Assembly (NCBI GenBank): GCA_030650425.1
Contig: JAUSED010000010.1
Span: 10,104-74,103, forward strand
DNA: 64,000 nucleotides
Direction of reading: 5' to 3'
From: Candidatus Omnitrophota bacterium
GTDB taxonomy: Bacteria; Omnitrophota; Gorgyraeia; Gygaellales; Profunditerraquicolaceae
A model generated the notes under the pieces. The model was not told the DNA's origin and ran no database searches. It saw only the letters and a program-made list of their open reading frames with translations. This document shows positions 1 through 9,023 of this stretch, one piece after another. Made by a program: the position numbers and the translations under genes. The stretch's first letter is position 1; each line of letters opens with the position of its first letter.

Positions 1-564
1 TCGCTTTTCGTTTAAAGGAATACCCATCGTTTTGGGCGAAACGGCTGTCATTTTATCGCCCAATAATCCCTCCGGTGTTGGAACCCGAACAATCACATCC
101 GAACCAGAAAAAATCAGTGGAAGCTTCGATATGTCTTTCTCAACCAGTTTCTTATAAGGATGCTCCGTAAAAACAACGTCTAAGAGCACATACTGCGGAA
201 GTTTTGAGAATTGCGAGGCAAACTGAAACTTATAATGCGCCTTCGGTATCTTACCATGACGCGAATCCTCTTTTACGGCGTCGAACCATTCCGACGCCGA
301 TACCATACTGACAAGCGCGTCTTTTAATCCTGCTCGTTCATTTACCGGCAAAAGGATATCAATATCTATAGACAGCCGGGCTGGCGGGAAAATATGCAGA
401 AGAATAGACGTTCCGCCTTTAAATATCAATCCCGGATAGACGCGAAGTAATTCGCTTAAGAGATTAAACGCGTAAACGGATTTCTCAAAGATCCCCGGAT
501 CCTTAAAGCCCAGCTCTTTTCGTAAAGATTCCATCCGGTTGCGATCAGGTATTTGCTTTGCCAT
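1..564 (-). CDS. AbiEii/AbiGii-family nucleotidyltransferase toxin (type IV TA). N-terminus complete; C-terminus runs off the window start.
   Basis: My own minus-strand translation from ATG at 564 gives MAKQIPDRNRMESLRKELGFKDPGIFEKSVYAFNLLSELLRVYPGLIFKGGTSILL... with no stop down to position 1. The motif is typical of the AbiEii/DUF1814 family. It was absent from the ORF track because it is truncated by the edge. Confidence 0.6.
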   Translation of the reverse strand, partial: MAKQIPDRNRMESLRKELGFKDPGIFEKSVYAFNLLSELLRVYPGLIFKGGTSILLHIFPPARLSIDIDILLPVNERAGLKDALVSMVSASEWFDAVKEDSRHGKIPKAHYKFQFASQFSKLPQYVLLDVVFTEHPYKKLVEKDISKLPLIFSGSDVIVRVPTPEGLLGDKMTAVSPKTMGIPLNEKR

Positions 565-1318
565 GAACATCCTTATTAGACATTACTTTCACTGCATATT
601 TTATATATGCGCCAAAAGTAACATTATTAAGTCCAATATTATCAACGAGTTGAGATATTAAATCTCGAAAGTACCTCCGGCTTTTGGCATAAGTAATCAA
701 GGCGCTAACATTAACCCTAAAAAGCCCATCCATACTACGCCACAATTCCCAGTAATCGCTATCCGCCATAGTTGAATACTTGTCTTTGATCACGAAAAGA
801 TCGACAAGCATCTTTTCAAGGGTAGGCGTATGAGTTTTCCGAGGCGAGCCCTTGATCAACAACCTAACAACGATCGGATCACGCGTAATGTCAAAATCTT
901 TAGGCACCAGGCGGCTAGTCTTCTCAACCGTTACAAACCGGTAATCGCGCGATATCCTGTCAGCGACAGGGTGAATCGCGTCCGCCTCCACCTCGACAAA
1001 AGTAATATTGTGCGTTTGCTGATGATGATAATAGGGTTGGAAATACAGGGTGTTCCAAACAAGGAAGTCAAGGTCAGGGTATTGTTTTTTCAAAAGCTGC
1101 CGGATCTCGGCCACGCGGCTTTTCTCTTCCAGGTGGAATTCTTCCGCGACAGAACTATATACCCCCCTACCCGCAGAAAAAATAATACCCTCGGACTTAA
1201 AAACATGCAGATAGTTCTTCGCTACTTGACGACTGAGACCCGTTGCTTTTATAACCCCGGCAAGGTTAAAATATCGCTTGTTTTTTATATATTCCCCGAC
1301 TAATGCTTTTTTATTCAA
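545..1318 (-). CDS. AbiEi-family antitoxin / transcriptional regulator (type IV TA partner)
   Basis: 257-aa ORF directly upstream of the AbiEii gene, overlapping it by 20 nt. N-terminal wHTH-like region. Typical AbiEi-AbiEii operon arrangement. Confidence 0.55.
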   Translation of the reverse strand: MNKKALVGEYIKNKRYFNLAGVIKATGLSRQVAKNYLHVFKSEGIIFSAGRGVYSSVAEEFHLEEKSRVAEIRQLLKKQYPDLDFLVWNTLYFQPYYHHQQTHNITFVEVEADAIHPVADRISRDYRFVTVEKTSRLVPKDFDITRDPIVVRLLIKGSPRKTHTPTLEKMLVDLFVIKDKYSTMADSDYWELWRSMDGLFRVNVSALITYAKSRRYFRDLISQLVDNIGLNNVTFGAYIKYAVKVMSNKDVHGKANT

Positions 1319-1488
1319 CGCCTATCTCCTTAAAACAATATTCTCCGGCAGATTTTTTACAAAAAGTGCTCGGGTTGATTTCAATAGTTTTCTGACTAAC
1401 ATTTCTGATTATAAGCTAACGACGGGAAAAGTCAAGTTTTGAATGGGTCACTGCGTGGGTCACCGCGCTAGCAAAGAACAAAATAATC

Positions 1489-4400
1489 TTATGGCGTTAC
1501 AAGCTGCGGCTCGCGGGGCAAGATTTGGATTTGGGCCAAGCTAAGCTGGAGTTCGTTTTCAGGCTTACCGGATTCAATTAAGACTAACATATCTTCTAAT
1601 TCGGGTTCGGTCTCGGTTACCCTTTCTTCTTCCATACGTAGAATATTGGCGATACAACCCAAAACCTTACCCATTTGCCTGCCTAAAGCCTGCCTTAGGC
1701 AACTGGAGGCGACATATTCTTTAAGCCGCTGGTTGGAAGGGATAATCCCTGCCTTAAGCATATTTTCTATCTCGGCCCACTCTGCATCAAGGTTAAGATT
1801 GCTTAATCTGTTTATCTCGATAGGGCTAAGTTTAAGCATCGCTGGGTTAATCGGGCTGCTAACAGCGGGTAAAGCGCGAAAGTCGATGCCGCCTTTTTTA
1901 TCTTTATTTAAGATTATAGGTGAATTTACCGAAGAGACAGATTGCAAATTTTTCTTCCGGGATTCTTTGAAATTGTTCAACATTTCATAAGTAATAATAT
2001 TCTCTGGATCAAATATAACTATGGAGACATGATTTCCTACTGCTTCATCTCCGCGCCCTTCTCCCCCCTCCATACCTATAACTCCATCGTAACCTAAAGA
2101 TAAAATAAATATTCTAAAATCAAACCCCTGAGTTATACCATCAAACCATCCATCTACGCCAGTTTCTTTAGAACCTCCTCCCTGGCGTAATAAGATAGGT
2201 TTTTTATTGTGCCTCCTATACCGAATGTAAGTAAAAATCCTGTCTCTTAAAGCTACCCGGGCCCAATCCAAAGATAAACTTTCCAAATACTTTAACCATG
2301 CATTTATCACCTCATCTGGAACGTTATTTCTACAATCTAATAATTTACTCCTTATCAATCTTGCCGCTACAACTTGAGGGTTGCCCGTTATTTTCTGTTG
2401 CGTTCTTCTCAATGCATATTTCTGAGCTTGTTCAGTATTATCAGTAAAATAAAACCCTAATCCCATCGTATACTCCATATCTTTTGGGCTTAAAATAAAC
2501 TGCTCAAATTCTCTATTGGTGCCATGAAAAATCGCTCCATCTTCTAAGGCCCCTGCATTATTTGAGTTAAGCCTTATTGGCATAGAGAAATCCGCTTCAG
2601 ACATCTGAGCATATTTGTTTAAAGCCGCTTCCTTTTCTCCCTGGGTTATTGGCCTATAGGTTTCGGTTAACTCGACAGTAACTTCCGCCGCCAAAGAGGC
2701 GGGTTCCTGCTGCGCCGGCGAGGCGGCGGTATCAGGTAAATTAGAAACGGTCCCCTTCTCTTCTGCTAACGGTGAGCCGGAGGATTTAGGTAAATTAGGC
2801 CCCTTCCCTTTTTCTGCAGGCGTCTTCTTTTGCAGCCTTTCCCACTCTGAGGTTGACATCGGGATGCGCATGATTCCCCCGGGAATTAGTCTTACAGGAA
2901 GATTCAGTCCGTTATACCCAATTATCCGTCTTGCCGGAGAGAATCTCTTACCATAACTTTTCCCTTTGTTTTCGCCATAGTACTGACGGACAAGACTCTT
3001 AATGCTGTCTCCCTTCTTTACTTGATGTTCTACCACTTTGGCCTCCGGGATAAATATCTTCCAGCCTGGAGGGCCGATTGGAGTTTGCCCGTTTTTCTCT
3101 TCTGACAAAAGCCCATATTCATTTGCATCGGCTATTTGTGAATACTGATTCCTGTCTCCATAATAATAGAATGCCAATAAACTAAGGCTCTGGCCTTTTA
3201 AGGTTATATGGAGAACAGACTGATAAAAGAAAGGTGTCTTAATTGCTAACTTCTTTTTTAGTTTTTCCCTCCAAAGTTCCTTCGCTTCCAATATCCTTTC
3301 TGCCTCTTTTTTTAATTCTTTGCTCCAAGGTTCAGATTCCAGAATCTTTAAGGCATTTACCATCTCTTTTAAGAAAGTTTCGTCATTGCTATATAATACT
3401 GATTCCTTTCCGCTATATTTTTTTATAAATTCTTCAAAAAATGGTTCGAGCTTTATTAACTCCGCGCGATCAAAATCAACAAACTCTGCGGGTGAGTACT
3501 CCAATTTATTTAACGCCCTAATGCGCGCCCAGATATATGCTTTTTTATCTTCCACCATCTCTCTATAACGCGAAGAGGAATTATCGCATTTACGCAATAG
3601 TTCGAGCGCGTTATCCGCAAGCCGCCAACCACCACCGACTTCCAGAATATCATCTACTGTAGTATCTAAAGAGATAAGTGAGTTTTCTTCCTTACTGGCT
3701 ATATCATACAATTGTTTATCCGCCTTTAATTTACGTAACTCTTTTAAAGCATCTATGCGTGTTTTATCCACAACCTTTTTATTCTCAACGATATCTTTTA
3801 GCCCTTCTTTATAACCGAGCATTTTAAAAACAGCGAGTTGAGCCTCCTGAAATACGCTTTTTGTTGGTTTTTCTGCTTTATTTACTTTCTCTGGTTCTGT
3901 TTTTGCTGTCTTTTTTTCTAGAAAGGGCTTACTTTCTTTTTGCACAAATTTGCCTATATATCTAATTTCCTCTTGCATAAATTCAGTAGCGTCAAACGGC
4001 CGCCACCCAAAATCCTTATCGTGGATTAAGATAAGGGCATGCCCGGGATATTTAAGGATTGCGTTTGTCCCGCCTAAAGAATATCCTTCGGCATAAAGCG
4101 CATCCACACCTAAGTATCTAAACATTAACCAGACAAAAGAAGAAGTAGTGTCACATTCACCCCTAAACTTCTCGCCCTCTGCTAATGTATCTGCCAACCA
4201 GTCAAAATATGTTCCACTGGCTAATTCACTATCAAAATATTTATTATAAATAAAATTGTTTCTGATTATATCGCGCACTGCCTCTATTTTCTCCTCAAAA
4301 GGAGCATCCTTAGCGCTATCCAGTTTATCCTTTATCTCCCTGAGATGAGGGTTAGTTTTTAAGATTTGGAATTCTTTCGCCAGCTGAGGCGTTTCCCGCA

Positions 4401-7400
4401 TATCGGAACTGATATAATTATGCCTATCTCTCTCGACTACTCTTAACAAATCATAGGTTACAAAGGTTGCTTTAGTTTTCTTTAAGGCCCTCAGGCTAAT
4501 ACCATCATCACCAAGTTCTAAGGCTCCTTCTTGCCCTTCTATATTTCTTATAACTCTTCCCAGCAGAGAAAAAACAGGTATACTTTCTCCTTTGTTAAGA
4601 GCTGGTATTTTTACTTTTAGTTTAATCACTTTAGAGTTGTCTGTTTCTACGCCAGCCGCTTTAATCTCTTTAACATAAAATTCCCCCTTATTTCCTAACA
4701 TATTGTATAACCCGGAAAATAAATGCTCTCTCTCCAAAAGATATTCCCTTCCGGAAACAATCTCGGCGATCTGGGGATTATTAAAGTTAGAATCTGATTC
4801 CATCTTTTTTATAATGCTTCCTTCTCCGCGGGGTTTGGTAAAATTATCGGCAAGAGGGATAACACCCCACTTCTGCCGGGACTTTTCTTCTTGAGGGATT
4901 CTAAAGGGTTTCGTCTCTGGCGCTCCAGCATACCTATAAATATTAGGCGCCGCTTGCTGCGGGGAATCTACTTTTGAAGAGTAATTGAGAAAAGAATAAA
5001 TCCCAATATAATAAAGTGCCGCAAATAGCAATAGAAAAGGAATAAGAGGCGCATACTCGAAAACCTTAGAAATAAACCCAGTATGCTCCTTATTTACTTT
5101 TTCCGGGCTGCCTATTTCTTGTCCAACCAATATTCTTTCGGCTGTTTCTTTCGAAGGTAGTTCTTTCTTTTCTTCTGCCTCCTTCTGCCATTGAATAATC
5201 AACGCTCTCACCCACTCCAGATCTTCATCAGCATTAATTTTCGATAGATCAAGCGGCTCCAGAGAAATTTTCAACTGCGATCTTCTTGTATGTTGATTGT
5301 ATATAGATGTGCCGTCAGGAAAACTCAGGCGCCCTTTATCAAAGCTCCAACCTTCTATTTTATTTATCTCTCCTACGGGCGAAGAAACAGGTTTTTCCTG
5401 CGCCGACGAGGCGGGGGTATCAGCTAAATTAGAAACGGCCGCATTTCCCGTCCCCTTTTGCTCATTTTTCTCTAACCTCTCTAACAGTTGTGTTATATAA
5501 CCTATAATTTCTTGCCAGTAACGAGTATTTTCTTCTGATTCTAATCGTTTCTTTTCCTTAGTTAAAAACGTTTTTAATTCTTCTCTTGAGGAAAGCGGGA
5601 ATAGCTTGGGATTAATTTTTAATAAAGTCCTCATAGCCTCACGTTTCGCATAAAAGTCACCATCTTTATATTCTCGTAATATTGTAGCCAAAGGGGGTTT
5701 CTCTTTTACATACAATATGTCTTGATGCTGATTGGAGTAATCAAAGTATTTATCAGCTAAGATATCCTTCATTACGCTTTTATCTTCGCCTATCTTGCTC
5801 AAAATACCTCCTGATTTTAATAATGAATCTAAATAATGTGAAAGGGCATTCCGGGATTCTAATCCTAGGGGAACGTACTGTAAAACATGATGAACAAAAA
5901 GTATATCTAAATTACCCACTAAATTAGGCGTTGTTCCTGCTGAAACATCAGCAAGATCAACATCATAGAATTCTAAATGCGAATTCATTCTATCAGAACG
6001 TTTGTAACCTTTTAGCTCTTCCACAACATAAACCTCTTTAAAATAATCAGCCTTTTCTTTATCCGTGAAACCTGCGTTGTCTATAACAATTTTAGGGAAG
6101 ATAATCTGGTTATTCTTTACTCTGTCGTATACTTTATTCGAATAACTCATCACGTCCACTTTAACAGTTATAGCTTTCTCAATATCTTCACCTGGCCTAA
6201 GTTGCTCTAAAAGTATTTTAGGGATCTGGCGGCTAAAATATGCAACGGCTGTAATCGGTTCTTGCCCAGAGGCTGCTCCGATAACTCCGATTGTGATTAC
6301 TTGCTGCTGCCCTGTTCTACGGAATTCACTTAGTTTATCCTTAACCAAATCTCCGAAGCCAACCCTATTAGATATGCTTCTAAGAACATCATCATATCTG
6401 AAGAATTGAGACCATTGGTCAAAGATGAGTTCTACCAATATTTTATTCTTTCTCAATGCTTCAATAAAAGGTTGTTCATTAAAAGAATGCCTGGAATCAC
6501 CTCTTATGCGTGCTAAGACTTCCCATCCACTATGACCTAAGCGCGGAAAGAATTTCCTTTTTTCTTCTTTTATCGCTTTATCGATTTCTTCTTCAAAATT
6601 TGCTAAAACTAAATCAATTCTTTCAAAATCTCCTTTTTCTGTGCCAAAGACGCCAAACAAAGACTGCAATAATTCTTTCTTAACATCATTCGTTATGATT
6701 GGTTTACCTAATCCGGGAATAGATATCATTGGAATGGGAGCTTTTACATTTAACGACTGCTGAAAAGTAAACCGAGATTTTTTCATCAAATCCTTAATTA
6801 CACTTCTTACAGCCATTCCTCTAAAAACACTTACTTCTGCTAATTTCTCATATATTCCTTTTAAATAATAGTTACTTCCTTCTTTTATTTCTATTTGCAC
6901 CGCTGCCTGTAACACTAAATACAGAATTCTATCTTCCGTTTCGTGACCAAAAGCTCTTGGATTGATTAAAATTTGGTTGAATTTCCTTTCTATTGCCACA
7001 ACCGGACCATCTTCTCCTAAATCATAGGCACTTATCCTCCAAGAGGCTAATTTAAATTGATTAGATGTTCCGATTTTATCTAACTCATATTTTGACATGA
7101 ATTTATTGAATTCGTCAACTTGCATAACGCCAATAGCGGATGAGCTAGCTTGAATACCAATAACTAGCTTCTGCGCAATAGGTGCAAAAGAAGAGGCGCC
7201 TGATGGAGAAGGCCTTTCGGCTGGCGAAGCTTGAGACGAAGGTAACCCTTCTGTTATAGTTATATTAGTATCTGATGGGTTCATACCGTTTCCAATAACA
7301 GCTAAGACAGGCATATTATTATCGGTTAAAGGTGAAATACCTTTATCGCCGACTGTTTCAAAAAGACTTGTTGAATCTGTTACTATCTTGATAGGACTGC

Positions 7401-8739
7401 CAGACGTTGGAGAAACGGAAGAGAAAGGTATACCGCCTAGAGATAAGCCTCCGCTAAAATAGCTCCTAATCACCTGGCCAGTAGGAGTATAGGCTGGCTG
7501 TTGGATGTTGTATTCGCCGTCTTTAAAGGATTTTTGGTAGGCTTGGAAGTAGGTGGTTTTGGACCAAGGTTGTTGGGAAATAAGGTTGGTGAGGTTGCGG
7601 GAGTTGATGAGCGCAGAAGCTGCATCAGGGACAGTCCCCTGCGGGGACAGTCCCTGATGCCGAGGGAAAGTGTCCCCTGCTGCTGTTGCGTGTCTAGCTT
7701 TAAACCATTGGGCTAAGATTAAAGAATAATAGACTTGCCTTAAAGGGGCATAGCGTTTGGAGGTGTTTATATCTTTGGTGAGTTTGGGGATGATTAGTTC
7801 TCTGATTAATTGAGAGGAATATTCGTTTAATTGCTTTAGGCGATCATCTTTAAACTGATACTGCGCGTAGGGGACACTTTCCTTTAAAGAGTTCCCTGAT
7901 AGCCCTGACGGAAAATGTCCCCTGCTTTTACTCGAAAGATAATCAGACTCAAGCATTACTTTAAGGGTAGCTTTGTAGATGTAGGCCGACGGTGGCACTT
8001 CGACTCGCTTGCGCTCGCTCAGTGCGCTGGCTTCGCCAGCGGTTTCGCGGATGATGATTTCGCCCGGGACGATCCAAGGACGAGTTAAGGTGGGTATGGT
8101 GATGTTTTCGTTACCTAAGAGTTCACCTGCTTTTTGATAAAGCTTATCCCAGTAAAGCTTACCTTCGGGGGTTTCGGGAGAAGTGAATTTGGCAGTGTCT
8201 TTTTTAAGTTGGAGATCGGCTTCTAGAAGAATCTTACCTACGTCAGTCTTGGCTAAATAATCATCAATAATATTATCCTCTGCATCAGGGCGTAGGTTGA
8301 CCCAGAAGGAGCTGTTGGGAAGGGTAAGGCCGATGAAGAAATAATTTAAGAGAACCTTGGTTTCGTCTTTAAGTTTAGTTTCATCCAAGGGGACACTTTC
8401 CTTTGGGCCAGAAGGGGACACTTTCCTTTGAGTGGCTTCGCCATAGCTCTGACGGAAAGTGTCCCCTTCTGCAGAAGTTGGAAAATGTCCCCTGCTGTTC
8501 TTTTGGGGAAGCTGATCGCCCTTGTCTAAAAGAAGCTTAAAGCTGTTGTTTTCTGGAAGATATTGCAGGGAACGCAGATGCAAGGGGCGGAATTTGTCTG
8601 GGATAAGGGAATTACGGAAGAGAGCGAGATGGCCGGAGATATCCAGCTCGCCGGCGACTTGAGCAAAACCAGACTGCTCAAAAATTAACAAAAAGCAGAC
8701 TAAAAAATAGATAAATTTAGGGAATTTGCGTTTTGGCAT
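1489..8739 (-). CDS. Giant secreted multidomain protein (2416 aa). Signal peptide, transglutaminase-like Cys-His-Asp core, LysM-like segment. N- and C-terminal modules shared with the 44259..49622 paralog.
   Basis: Uninterrupted ORF. N-terminal MPKRKFPKFIYFLVCFLLIF hydrophobic signal. GECDTTSSFVWLMFRYLGV...H...D resembles a transglutaminase-like cysteine protease core. N-terminal ~400 aa and C-terminal ~130 aa align with the second giant ORF. Confidence 0.7.
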   Translation of the reverse strand: MPKRKFPKFIYFLVCFLLIFEQSGFAQVAGELDISGHLALFRNSLIPDKFRPLHLRSLQYLPENNSFKLLLDKGDQLPQKNSRGHFPTSAEGDTFRQSYGEATQRKVSPSGPKESVPLDETKLKDETKVLLNYFFIGLTLPNSSFWVNLRPDAEDNIIDDYLAKTDVGKILLEADLQLKKDTAKFTSPETPEGKLYWDKLYQKAGELLGNENITIPTLTRPWIVPGEIIIRETAGEASALSERKRVEVPPSAYIYKATLKVMLESDYLSSKSRGHFPSGLSGNSLKESVPYAQYQFKDDRLKQLNEYSSQLIRELIIPKLTKDINTSKRYAPLRQVYYSLILAQWFKARHATAAGDTFPRHQGLSPQGTVPDAASALINSRNLTNLISQQPWSKTTYFQAYQKSFKDGEYNIQQPAYTPTGQVIRSYFSGGLSLGGIPFSSVSPTSGSPIKIVTDSTSLFETVGDKGISPLTDNNMPVLAVIGNGMNPSDTNITITEGLPSSQASPAERPSPSGASSFAPIAQKLVIGIQASSSAIGVMQVDEFNKFMSKYELDKIGTSNQFKLASWRISAYDLGEDGPVVAIERKFNQILINPRAFGHETEDRILYLVLQAAVQIEIKEGSNYYLKGIYEKLAEVSVFRGMAVRSVIKDLMKKSRFTFQQSLNVKAPIPMISIPGLGKPIITNDVKKELLQSLFGVFGTEKGDFERIDLVLANFEEEIDKAIKEEKRKFFPRLGHSGWEVLARIRGDSRHSFNEQPFIEALRKNKILVELIFDQWSQFFRYDDVLRSISNRVGFGDLVKDKLSEFRRTGQQQVITIGVIGAASGQEPITAVAYFSRQIPKILLEQLRPGEDIEKAITVKVDVMSYSNKVYDRVKNNQIIFPKIVIDNAGFTDKEKADYFKEVYVVEELKGYKRSDRMNSHLEFYDVDLADVSAGTTPNLVGNLDILFVHHVLQYVPLGLESRNALSHYLDSLLKSGGILSKIGEDKSVMKDILADKYFDYSNQHQDILYVKEKPPLATILREYKDGDFYAKREAMRTLLKINPKLFPLSSREELKTFLTKEKKRLESEENTRYWQEIIGYITQLLERLEKNEQKGTGNAAVSNLADTPASSAQEKPVSSPVGEINKIEGWSFDKGRLSFPDGTSIYNQHTRRSQLKISLEPLDLSKINADEDLEWVRALIIQWQKEAEEKKELPSKETAERILVGQEIGSPEKVNKEHTGFISKVFEYAPLIPFLLLFAALYYIGIYSFLNYSSKVDSPQQAAPNIYRYAGAPETKPFRIPQEEKSRQKWGVIPLADNFTKPRGEGSIIKKMESDSNFNNPQIAEIVSGREYLLEREHLFSGLYNMLGNKGEFYVKEIKAAGVETDNSKVIKLKVKIPALNKGESIPVFSLLGRVIRNIEGQEGALELGDDGISLRALKKTKATFVTYDLLRVVERDRHNYISSDMRETPQLAKEFQILKTNPHLREIKDKLDSAKDAPFEEKIEAVRDIIRNNFIYNKYFDSELASGTYFDWLADTLAEGEKFRGECDTTSSFVWLMFRYLGVDALYAEGYSLGGTNAILKYPGHALILIHDKDFGWRPFDATEFMQEEIRYIGKFVQKESKPFLEKKTAKTEPEKVNKAEKPTKSVFQEAQLAVFKMLGYKEGLKDIVENKKVVDKTRIDALKELRKLKADKQLYDIASKEENSLISLDTTVDDILEVGGGWRLADNALELLRKCDNSSSRYREMVEDKKAYIWARIRALNKLEYSPAEFVDFDRAELIKLEPFFEEFIKKYSGKESVLYSNDETFLKEMVNALKILESEPWSKELKKEAERILEAKELWREKLKKKLAIKTPFFYQSVLHITLKGQSLSLLAFYYYGDRNQYSQIADANEYGLLSEEKNGQTPIGPPGWKIFIPEAKVVEHQVKKGDSIKSLVRQYYGENKGKSYGKRFSPARRIIGYNGLNLPVRLIPGGIMRIPMSTSEWERLQKKTPAEKGKGPNLPKSSGSPLAEEKGTVSNLPDTAASPAQQEPASLAAEVTVELTETYRPITQGEKEAALNKYAQMSEADFSMPIRLNSNNAGALEDGAIFHGTNREFEQFILSPKDMEYTMGLGFYFTDNTEQAQKYALRRTQQKITGNPQVVAARLIRSKLLDCRNNVPDEVINAWLKYLESLSLDWARVALRDRIFTYIRYRRHNKKPILLRQGGGSKETGVDGWFDGITQGFDFRIFILSLGYDGVIGMEGGEGRGDEAVGNHVSIVIFDPENIITYEMLNNFKESRKKNLQSVSSVNSPIILNKDKKGGIDFRALPAVSSPINPAMLKLSPIEINRLSNLNLDAEWAEIENMLKAGIIPSNQRLKEYVASSCLRQALGRQMGKVLGCIANILRMEEERVTETEPELEDMLVLIESGKPENELQLSLAQIQILPREPQLVTP
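7627..7680. repeat. Palindromic repeat, GGGGACAGTCCCC variant, inside giant ORF 1 in-frame
   Basis: cagggacagtcccctgcggggacagtccctgatgccgagggaaagtgtcccctgc. Translated in-frame as GDTFPRHQGLSPQGTVPD. Confidence 0.7.
7870..7925. repeat. Family A palindromic element (GGGGACACTTTCC...GGAAAATGTCCCC) inside giant ORF 1 in-frame
   Basis: ggggacactttcctttaaagagttccctgatagccctgacggaaaatgtcccctgc. Encodes SRGHFPSGLSGNSLKESVPY in the giant ORF. Confidence 0.75.
8389..8495. repeat. Compound family A element (two left arms plus long right arm) inside giant ORF 1 in-frame
   Basis: The same ~107-bp compound element recurs at 12304-12436 and 50308-50412 intergenically. Here it is translated as ...NSRGHFPTSAEGDTFRQSYGEATQRKVSPSGPKESVP.... 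Confidence 0.75.
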
Positions 8740-8755
8740 TTTTAGTTACGCTCCA

Positions 8756-8811
8756 GGGGACACTTTCCTTGAAAGAGTTCCCTGATAGCCCTGATGGAAA
8801 ATGTCCCCTGC
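8756..8811. repeat. Family A palindromic element just upstream of the giant ORF 1 start
   Basis: ggggacactttccttgaaagagttccctgatagccctgatggaaaatgtcccctgc. Confidence 0.75.
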
Positions 8812-8922
8812 GGGGTTTTTTTGCTGCCAGTCGTATGTTAATTCAAGTATACAATATAGGTAAGAGGATTCAAGGGGAAAGCGGGGATTTAGGGAAAGCG
8901 CTTTCTTTCGTAGCGAACTCGA

Positions 8923-8980
8923 AAAATGGGGACAGTCCCCAAAAGGCGGGGACAGTCCCCATTTTTTGTCCCCATTTTTT
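8923..8980. repeat. Tandem mini-hairpins AAAATGGGGACAGTCCCCATTTT x2
   Basis: gaaaaatggggacagtccccaaaaggcggggacagtccccattttttgtccccatttttt. The same unit occurs at 49343-49375 and 49716-49740. Confidence 0.65.
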
Positions 8981-9023
8981 CAGTTGTAGCCAAAGGGGAT
9001 TTTTGTTAGAATACTTTATTCCT

